From Seison nebaliae (lineage: Eukaryota): a DNA stretch of 38,009 nucleotides. The notes below the pieces were generated by a model, which ran no database searches, was not told where the DNA came from, and worked only from the letters and a program-made list of their open reading frames with translations. Both the position numbers and the translations under genes were made by a program. Shown piece by piece: positions 1-9,449 of this stretch. The DNA lies in assembly GCA_023231475.1 (NCBI GenBank), contig JALJEE010002385.1, forward strand, positions 1 through 38,009, written 5' to 3'. The first letter of the stretch is position 1. The number at the start of each line of letters is the position of its first letter.

Positions 1-243
1 GTCAAGGAAGAGCTCCCAAGGAATGGAAGGCCGAAAAGGAACGTGGAGCGGCGATACAAAAAGTAAAAGGTGAACGTGTCGTGTCGCGTGAGTGAACCGA
101 CGAGACAAAAGAGAAGCTTAGTGAGAACGTGCAAGAAGGTGGACTCAAAGACAATACTTGACTTTTTCATTTTGTACTAAATAAACTGTATCTTCTTATA
201 CCGCTTCCAATATGTCGTCCCGACATTCTCCGAACCCGCCACA
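1..243 (+). mobile_element. 3' portion of an LTR (solo LTR or 3' LTR, probably Gypsy-like), cut by the window start
   Basis: GC-richer block with AATAAA at 180-185, ending ...CCCGCCACA at 243 (LTR-type CA end), then an abrupt switch to AT-rich sequence. No TGG primer-binding site follows. Confidence 0.55.
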
Positions 244-295
244 AAATTTTAATAATCAAATTTTTAGCTTTCCACAAATGAATTTTGATTAGAAT

Positions 296-643
296 ATGTC
301 AAATGAAAAGTTTTTTCTTAATTTTCTTTTTTTAAATAGTTTTTTTCTGATAAGTAGAAATGGAAGTGATTATGTAGATAAGAATTCGGAGGAATACAAA
401 TGGAGAAGAGCAAAGAATAACGAATCAGTGAGGAAGTGTCGAGAGAAGGAGAAGATGGAAGAAATGGAGACCAGAGCAGAAATTATGAATTTGGAAGAGA
501 GGAATGTGCAGTTGGAATCGGAGTATTTAGAGCGTCAAAAAGAAATGAGAAAAATAGAGAAATTGATTGATATGTACACGACGATGCCTGAGCATCAATT
601 GGAGGAGGAACAAACTAAATTTCAATCTTCAACCAATCGTTAA
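296..643 (+). CDS. C/EBP-family bZIP transcription factor (short, bZIP-only)
   Basis: VDKNSEEYKWRRAKNNESVRKCREK resembles the C/EBP basic region (DKxSxEYRxRRERNNxAVRKSR), followed by a heptad zipper. Probable 45-nt in-frame intron at 310-354 (GTTTTT...TAAG) removes the F/L-rich stretch. Confidence 0.8.
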   Translation: MSNEKFFLNFLFLNSFFLISRNGSDYVDKNSEEYKWRRAKNNESVRKCREKEKMEEMETRAEIMNLEERNVQLESEYLERQKEMRKIEKLIDMYTTMPEHQLEEEQTKFQSSTNR

Positions 644-715
644 AACTAATTTGAATTTTATGAGACTTTTTGAAATGATATTTATTAATGAATTTATTCC
701 ATTTACATTCTATAG

Positions 716-1849
716 ATGTTTTCTTTTAATTTCTTTTCCGACAAACAAGAATCGGATCAGATTACCAATTCAGAGGATGAACAATTCAAGGAAGAATTCA
801 ATGAAGATATTTCTAATTCAGTCAATTGTTGTGAAGTTGAAGAATTATTGGATGAAGTGGATATTGAAGAGAAGAGAAATAATTCTTATGAAATCATTTT
901 GAATGATCTTCTTCACATTCAAATGTTAAATATCGAAAGTGACGACGAAGAGGATGATGGAGAAGATTCGAACTCCGTCATATCTGTTGATGAAAATTCT
1001 TTGTCAGAAAAAGAAGAAATTTCAAAAAAACAAAAAAATGAAATTGCTGAAAATGAAAAATTAAAAGAAAATAAAATTTCTGATAATGAAAAATTAAACG
1101 AAAATGAATTTTCTGATAATGAAAAATTAAAAGAAAATGGAATTTCTGAAGATGAAAAATTAAAAAAAAATGGAATTTTTGAAAAAGAGAAATTAAAAGA
1201 AAATGAAATTTATGAAATTGGAAGAAATGTTAGAAGAGAATTAATTCCATCAGTAGTGAAAGCAAATGTATATGAAGGAGGTTATACCATTTGGGAAGGT
1301 GCTCTAGATATGGGTGTTTATGTCTGGAATAATTTGTTAAAGAATGATAATTTGAGAATTTTAGAATTGGGATGTGGTGCTGCTATTCCATTGATTGTTA
1401 CGTATAAATTATTGAGAAAAAATAAGAAAAATACATTTATATTTCATGATTTCAATAAATCAGTTTTGGAGAATTTTACCCGAATAAATTTTGCTCTTAA
1501 TAAAGAAAATGAGAATAATATTGTGAAATTCTATTGTGGATCATGGGGAGAAATGAAGTCGATAATTGAAGAGAAATCAATTGATATTATTTTGTCTAGT
1601 GAAACATATTATCGAGAGAAAGAAAGTCGATATTTGGCGGAATTGATGAAATATTCATTAAATGAGACTAAAACGAGTGAGATATTGGTGGGAGGGAAAG
1701 AAAATTATTTCGGACTTGATGGGAGTCTCAAAAAATTTCTGAAGAATTTTAATGAAAATTCATTTCAAATAGAAACTGTCAATTCAACGGATAATTTGAC
1801 AGTTAACGTTCCTCGTAAAATTGTTAGAATAAAACGAAAATTTTCTTAA
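716..1849 (+). CDS. METTL18: Histidine protein methyltransferase 1 homolog (METTL18/HPM1 family)
   Basis: N-terminal MFSFNF; YEGGYTIWEG; SAM-binding motif I ILELGCGAAIP; FHDFN; GSW; DIILSSETYY; YFGLDGS. Intronless. Confidence 0.88.
   Translation: MFSFNFFSDKQESDQITNSEDEQFKEEFNEDISNSVNCCEVEELLDEVDIEEKRNNSYEIILNDLLHIQMLNIESDDEEDDGEDSNSVISVDENSLSEKEEISKKQKNEIAENEKLKENKISDNEKLNENEFSDNEKLKENGISEDEKLKKNGIFEKEKLKENEIYEIGRNVRRELIPSVVKANVYEGGYTIWEGALDMGVYVWNNLLKNDNLRILELGCGAAIPLIVTYKLLRKNKKNTFIFHDFNKSVLENFTRINFALNKENENNIVKFYCGSWGEMKSIIEEKSIDIILSSETYYREKESRYLAELMKYSLNETKTSEILVGGKENYFGLDGSLKKFLKNFNENSFQIETVNSTDNLTVNVPRKIVRIKRKFS
1037..1218 (+). repeat. 33-bp (11-aa) coding tandem repeat in the METTL18 N-terminal region
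   Basis: About 5 units of (E/D)NEKLKENxIS, e.g. gataatgaaaaattaaaagaaaatggaatttct. Confidence 0.8.
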
Positions 1850-1912
1850 AATAAAATAAATTACTCGTTTTCTTTAACGTCTTATGAGAATATTAATCAT
1901 TTTTTTCAAATA

Positions 1913-4900
1913 ATGAAAACTAGAAATAAGAGACGAACTGGAATCAATTTATTAGATAATAAAATTTTCACTCATTTCCTTCACTTCAAACATTTTAGTA
2001 ATTTCATTAATAAGAAACATGACAGACAATCACCAATTACCAATTTGAATACTAATAACAATAACAATAATAGTAATAGTAATATTTATGTTAATAATCC
2101 GAAAAGACGGAAATTGACATTATCTGATTTCTTCCAAAATTCTTTCTTCTCTTTAAATTTTAACAATAACAATGCTTTCGTACAATATGCATCTGGATCA
2201 TTTCCGAAAGCAAAAGAATTCATTCAGCAAATGGAGAAGGATACACATCGAACTTCTCGAGCATCGATCGGTTCGTCGATGGGTTCATCATCCATGTCTC
2301 GTACAAGTAGTCGACGATCACTTCATTCGCATGTGGATTCGTTAGAGAGTGTGGAAATGGTGAAATCGGCAGAGAAGATACATGTCAAACATGGAATTAA
2401 AACGGTGCAAATAAACGAGGCTCCTCGAGAATCTAAACAAATGTGTCATCGATGTGGAATAAAAATGAATATGGCGTCACTTGTTTGTGATAATTGTATC
2501 GTTCCACATCGATTATGTATTTATGGATGTGAACGATGTCATTTGCAACAAGCTACACCGGCTAAATGTCGAAGTGCATGGATATTGATGAAATCGGTAG
2601 CATATCATGGAAAGAACTGGAATAAGAACTCGTCAAGAGCCAGAACATTCAATTTTAATAAACAAGATTTGTTTACTGTAGTTGTGGGTGATCATCAAGA
2701 TGCTGTCGGGGCTTTAGACTCAATTCGGTTGAAGGACGTGGAATATAAAACGAGACTTTACATCCATAAACTCAATACGATGGGTGTTAATACGGCGACA
2801 GCGTTAAATGTGAGAAGTGTAAAAGGAAATATATTCTTTTGCAATACGGAACCAAATCTGCTGCAATTGCAGAAGGATGAAGCCGTTTATCGTTTTGTTA
2901 ACGATAATATTCTTCAAAATTTCTGGACTGATTATATTAATGATAATGTTGTTGAAGGTTGTTTTATCATCTTCTTTATGAATTTCTTCATATCTTTCAT
3001 TACTTAGTTGTACTTCGAAAATGTTCATGTCGGAAAATTTTGGATGGTTTAAATTTTTTGAATTTTTCGGTTTTTTTTAAATTTGATACTTTTCTTTCAT
3101 AGTCGTCTTGTTGACATGTCGTTGCTATGCAACGGTTGATAGTTAGTGTTGTTGTTGTTTATGTTGTGTGTGAATTATCTTCGATATTAGTCGCTATAGT
3201 TGATCGGGGACCATTTATTGATGATGTATCGGAAATGGAAAGTTAAATTTAAATTTTATAATTTATTATTTTTTGGAATAAAATTCTTCAATTAGATAAA
3301 TTCGATGGTGTAGAATCGAAGTCATATACTACAACTACTCGTGCGGTGAGGAAAACGAAATCAACTCACTTTGATCGAATGAAACCGGCCAAGCTCCAAA
3401 TTCGTGGAAGTTACAGTAATAGTAGTTATATCACTTCGTATAGTGAACTACAATCGTTGAAAGATTGGACAGAAAGTAGAAATCAACTAAACCAGAAAAT
3501 CTCCAGTGAATTATTGTTGAAGAAAATTAATTCGATAAATACTCCCGTTATCAAATTCAGTAGTTCCGAGAGTATAATCGATGGAATAATTTCTGCTAAA
3601 TCATCTCAAATGAGTGAAGAATTCAATAACAATAATAACAATCGTCGACGACGAAAGAAGTTTTATCGATACAAAAATAAATCATTTTATTATAATAATA
3701 ATAACAACAACAACAACGTCAATAATAACAACAACGTCAATTTAAATCATAATAACAATTTAAATAATAACAACAATAATGATGAAATAAGAATTGAGAA
3801 AAATGTTATTAATGAAATTCGAAAAAATGATGAGAAAGATGGAAATGATAAGAAGAATAAAACGATGATTCATAGGAAATTTAATGCAGAGAATAAGAGA
3901 AATAATATTGTGAATAGACGGAATAATCCAATGGGAAGGAGAATTGGAAGGAAACTAAATATTTTCAAACGTAACGAACTCAGTTCGAATAGTGACACGA
4001 TGATTAATAGGAAATTGAAAAAAGTCGATTCGGAGATAAGAAGAACAATTTCTGATGATGAGATTATTAAGACGAAAAATCGATTTCGAAAATTTTTAAT
4101 GACACAAAAATTTTCAAGAAGAAATCGAAATAATTCGAATAATATCAATTTAATGAATAGTGAATCTCGACTAAGGAATAAGTCTAAAAATCGAGTAAAC
4201 CATCGAAATCGTCAATATGGTCGTGTTAATCTTCCACGATCATCTTCTAGTTCGATGAGTATAAAGAATAGTAGTCGAATAGTTCCTAGAATTGGAGGTA
4301 ATACAACTGTCCGTCGAATAACATTGAATGAAATAAATCAATTAACGGCAATCAATTCAGCACATTCCAGCGGTTCTTGGATATTGAGTCAAAAGAAAGA
4401 TTTGGATGATCGAGATCCAACTTCCCACAACATTAATATTAATGCTAAATCTTATCGTCAACAATCACAATTGAGTTTCTCCAGATCAGAGAGTGGTAGT
4501 CGTGTTGCTTCGCCACTTGTCACTCAAATGAATATTACATCCACTCAACAACGACGAAGAGATAGAGATAAGAGAGCAATGAACGAATTCCATTCGACGG
4601 TTGACGAACCATATTCTCCGGCAATCTCCTGTTTAAAAATGACATATTTAGGTAATTGTTTCAATGTTGAAGGTTCAAGTGGAGGAACTTCAAATCAACG
4701 ACGACATCGAAAATTACATATTAGTCATTCAAATAAACCAGTTCGTGATACGACTAATTCATTATTCCAACGAATTCCTGATCTTAATGCCACTCTAAAA
4801 CGACAAATGGGAAAACATTATAGTATGTCTGAGCAATCTTCTTTGAGGAAAAAGGGAAGTAAATCTTGTCGTTTCATGTCAGATAGTGACGAGGCCACCG

Positions 4901-7900
4901 AGGGTAAACCCGACTGGAGAACCGATGGAAGAACTGATGGAAGAACTGATGGAAGAACTGATGGAAGAACTGACGGAAGAACTGACGGAAGAACTGATGG
5001 AAGAACTGATGGAAGAACTGATGGAAGAACCGACAGAAAAACTGGTGAAAAAACCGGGGAGAAAACCGGGGAGAAAACCGTCACACTTGATCCTATTATC
5101 GGTAGTCCCGATAAATCCCATTCTCCACGTACCCAGACCATAAGTAGCGAATTTTCAAAAGTAACTAAGCCACTTGATTTTCGTGCGGCCGGATCGACCC
5201 TATTTCGGCAATCTGAAGACACAGAATTAAAATATGCGACTTTATCAGATCTCGAAGATATGGGATCGACAACTGAGGAAGTTGAAGTATTTAGAGACAG
5301 TACTGAATTCTCTCAAGCTATTCATGATTTTGTTGCGAATAATCTTGAGAGTTATCTAACTAAATTAGATGATGACTCCCCGAAACCAATCGATGATATT
5401 CCTACTAGTAATAAAAAATCGAAAGTTCTTAAGAAAAAAAAGCCGGGAAAGTTTGGTCGTCCTACTTCCTCCAATTTCAATACAATAGTACCCGATAATT
5501 CACTTATGAATACTCCATCATCAATCGCTGACACTAGTACTGAGAGTTTGAAACCACAATCCAATTTTGGTTTTAAATCAAAAACTACAATCCAGTTGAA
5601 ATTAAAATTATTTCTCCAAATTTAATTGTCGTCCTTCTCCAGAGATAAGGCGGCAGAAGGAAAGCGTTATAGTCGTTTCAGTTTTTCGCACAGAGGAGCA
5701 GTTAAATTTTAGATTGAAAAGGAATGAATTTAAAATGTGTATTTTAGAGAATGAAGAGGAAGAAGGAAAAGAAATCTGATTTACATAGTGCTTCTGCTTA
5801 CACTCCAAAAGTTTCTTCTTTCAGAAACTCCAAATTATTTTGTTAATAAAAAAATTTCATAAAATTCTCAGGTGGATCTCAATCAGACAATTTTTAAAGT
5901 TTATCTCCTTTTTATTCAAGAGGAGATGTCATATATAATCTTTTTAGGAGCCGACACAAGATTGTTGTAAAGATAAGGAAATGTTGCGATATAGTCAAGT
6001 CGAACCGACAGTATATGGGGGTAATGATTATAATACTGATTTGTGGTTGGGCACCATCCTCAGATTGATTGAACCGACAAATATAATAAATTCCGATTAT
6101 TACGGATTGAAAGGTATCAAATTTATATTTATATCGGGCACAAATTTGAATTAAAATTTAAATCAAATTTTTTAATTTCAGTCGATTTTGAAAAATTGAT
6201 GACTATGACTGAGAGGAATGAAGCGTTTTTTGATGTTTTCGGTAGTAAATATCAATTGCCAGATAATATTCGAGAACTGTTAACTTATCCATACGAACAA
6301 ATTGAACATTTGAGTTGGGATCGATGGTATTTTGATGATGCTGTCAAGTTTGACTTATTTTCTCTCATATTCTAATCACTTGCTTAATGGTAGACAAGCA
6401 CGATATCGAATTGAACAGGAATTAAAAGGTATCCGAAAACCGGGTGCAGTTAATTGGAAGAGTCGATTTTGTATCGTTATTCGTAAATGTCCTCTTAACC
6501 GATCAGGTTTAGTTTTCCGCTTTTTTTTTGTAAAAGAATAATTCTAATAATAATAATGATATGTCTAATATTTTGCGATGAAAAAAAACTTGTTTATGAT
6601 TTCAGATAAAATGATGAAAGAAACTGATATTTTGACGATTGTTGATAACCGATTATGTGTTCAACATCTTCCTCTTCATGATTATTTGAACACCAATTTG
6701 AATAATCGAATATCTGACGTTTGTTATGCATTCAACGAACAACAAACATATGAACATGTATATCAGTTAATTGATAATTATTATTGCTAAATAATAAATT
6801 GCTAGATTATGTTTATTACCGTTATTGAAATACACTTTTCAAGGACGATCTACTTTATTCTTCTGTCACGGTCCGATCAATAGTGGGAAGAATTATGTAA
6901 GAATTTCTTTTAAATATCTTTCAATAATATTTTTCGAAGTTGATGAAAGGAATGAAGAAGAAGAGGAAACTATCCAAAATTAAAGGACTATATTATCATT
7001 TGTGTTAGTTTAAATATTATCTGATATTTATACCATTATTATTCATAGCATTAGAATTAGAAGAGATTTTTGATAAAGTTGATGTTTTGATTTCAATGTC
7101 AGTCATCGAAATTTACAACAATAGAGTTAAGATTTAAAATTTTTTATAATTTCAATCAATTTTCTTCAAGTTATATGATTTGTTGAATGAACGATGTCGA
7201 GCTTATGTAACGAATGGAATCGGACAATTCTCGGGTCATATTCTTGGCGTTCATTTTCAAACATTAAAATCAGCATCCGAATTTCTCCAATTATTGAAGA
7301 ACGCGTTCAACTCTCAAAGTTATTATCAGAATCACAAAGAACGAAGATATCGATCTCATTCAGTTGTTCAATTATTGTTCCGTCATAAGTTCAATTCTCT
7401 TCGACTTTCTTATTATCGTTCAAGCTTATTTCGTTTTAAGATATCAATTTGATATATTGGGAAGATTAAGTATTATCGAATTAGCTGGAAATGAACATTG
7501 TAATATCACTTTTCTCGATAAGAAATATCGATGTGAATCATCATTTCTTAATCGTTCTTTATTCATGTTAAAAGTTTAATTTATGGAAATTTTTTTTTAT
7601 ACCCGAAATTTAAATTGTCATTCGGAAGGAATATCTTTATGGAATTTCAAGCAATTCTTCTTCGAGAGAGTTGTCGTTTAAAGCAAATGTTTTAAGTCGA
7701 ACTATATTCAGTTTATTACGATGTCCATTCCAGAAAATGAAACCCAGAATTTGTCTAGTTATTTTCATTACAAATATTTTCTATTTTCAAATAATTCGAA
7801 AATGATAATCTAATAATGATAATCGTTTATAGGTCTCTAATGTCAATCCTGGATGTCGACATGTTATTCAAACGAGTGAAGAAATACGATTTGTCAACAG

Positions 7901-8027
7901 GTTCATTAAATATTTTTAGTACGATTTTATATTGCCTTAAAGAATTCATGCGGCGTTGAGAAAATCGATGAGATTGAAAGATCCTAATTGGGCGTGGAAT
8001 AGTGATGAAGAGAAACCACCAGAATAA
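1913..8027 (+). CDS. Large multi-exon protein: Cys-rich N-terminus, long disordered region, SAM-like segment and divergent C-terminal kinesin-13 (KIF2/KIF24-like) motor
   Basis: Hand-spliced exons 1913-2957, 3008-3046, 3103-3141, 3191-3241, 3296-5594, 5643-5700, 5748-5810, 5872-5898, 5948-6113, 6182-6347, 6394-6506, 6606-6765, 6806-6896, 6940-7003, 7049-7125, 7171-7388, 7441-7573, 7629-7757, 7833-7900, 7943-8027 total 5091 nt with an open frame (1696 aa). Motor motifs in order: RFCIVIRKCPLN, FCHGPINSGKNY, IEIYNNRLYDLLN, YRSHSVVQ, LSIIELAGNE, LNRSLFMLKE, NVNPG. The motor half is more secure than its fusion to the N-terminal half. Confidence 0.75.
4918..5078 (+). repeat. 12-bp coding minisatellite, (RTDG)n then (KTGE)n
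   Basis: About 10 units of agaactgatgga followed by about 3 units of aaaaccggggag, in frame within the large exon 3296-5594. Confidence 0.95.
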
Positions 8028-8102
8028 AGAGAAAAAGTGAAAAAAATTATTTTCGGATAAAATTTATTGAGTTCATTAAAATAAAATACAATTCTTTCAA
8101 AT

Positions 8103-9188
8103 TTAGGGAATATATGATGAATTGTTCGTGAAAACGGAGAAATTATTCAAATTCTCATAATTTCCCACGGAATAATTCGTATTGTTCGGATGTTGTATTT
8201 GGTAGTGTAACATATCGTATGTATCAGATATATTTGAATCTTCTTTCTCTCTTGATAATTCTCTCGGTTTTTGGGTTTGGTCTAAAGCAGAAATATTGTA
8301 AATATCTTCAAATAAGAGATCATCAACATTTTCATTTTGATGATTATTATCATTTTGATGATGTGAATGATGATTATTATCATTTTGATGGTATATCTGA
8401 TGATCAATATCGTCGTCATTCTCCATTATTATTTCGATCTTCTTATCTGGGAGAGATGAAGATCTTCTATTAGTGGAATTAATGGAAGAAGATGATGATG
8501 ACGATGATATTGATGATGGTGAAGATTGATATTGACCATAAGTCGTATCATTGATTTGTTTTGTTTTATCAAAAAATATTTTTCCTCTTCCATGAAACGT
8601 ATCCGATTCATCAATTATAATTCTTTTCGTTTTCATTTGAGTTTTGACCGTTTCACGATTCTGATTCGATCTGGAATGTTGCGATGATCGATAATTCGAT
8701 TTGGCTTGATTAAATGTTTCCATTGATATGTTCTCTGATGACATGACATCTTTCAATAATCTCTTTTTCAATTGATAAATATATTTCTCAATCCATTCAT
8801 GTACCACCTGATATGTCGTATGAGATTGGAGCCATTGGGCAAAACGTAATTTGATCAATTGCCACAAAGTCAATTGGAAAATATCTTTCTCGTTAATAAT
8901 TTGATCGATCGTCAATTTCTTTTCAAATATTTTCGAATTAATCGTTAAATGATTATTATTATTCAATTCGTATTGAGGTGAAGTTTTCGATTGAATCGTT
9001 GACATATCAACAGAACATCGATTAGAATATGACGAAATCTTTTTTCTTCGACGACTTCTCCTGTTTAAAGAGAATCAATTCAAGTCTGTGAATATATTTT
9101 ACTAACTGTCGATGACAATAACAACAAATCACCAAATTGGCTATGAATACTGATAAGAAGATCGACGTTCCCAATCCATAATAAATTG
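8103..9188 (-). CDS. Second transmembrane exon plus cytoplasmic tail (module B), probably an alternative 3' end of the SUEL-CUB receptor
   Basis: Exon 9188-9107 encodes IYYGLGTSIFLSVFIANLVICCYCHR. Intron 9106-9061 (GTTAGT...CAG) joins it to QRSRRRKK... and continues into ORF 8103..9005. The exon is entered in phase 1 and has no in-frame ATG of its own. Confidence 0.65.
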
Positions 9189-9449
9189 CTAGAAAAATAT
9201 ATTTAATACATTTCCATTATTCTGAATTATTAATGAAAATATTGTCAAAATTTTTATTTCTAAAAAAATTTTCTGAATTTTTTTCTAAAATTCATTTTGA
9301 AATGTTTTTCGTCTAAAAAATTTTTCTACAAATAATTTGAAAGTTTTTTTATCCTAAAAATTATTTACATTCTTCAATGGTTGATAATATGATAATAATT
9401 GATGATTAGCTGGTTGATGATCAGTTTTATGTTTTTTCCGTTTAATATT

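Noticed and set aside
639..715. Possible intron fusing the bZIP gene to METTL18
   Set aside because: Splicing 639-715 shifts the frame and reaches a stop within a few codons.
4918..5078. Regular repeat as a possible CRISPR array
   Set aside because: No unique spacers, 12-bp head-to-tail units, eukaryotic coding context.
4818..5222. Overlapping ORFs 4818..5222(-), 4879..5121(-) and 4886..5143(+)
   Set aside because: By-products of the stop-free 12-bp repeat inside a real exon.
5948..6113. DYYGLK as a FERM F1-lobe motif
   Set aside because: Downstream exons match SAM-like and kinesin-13 sequence, not FERM.
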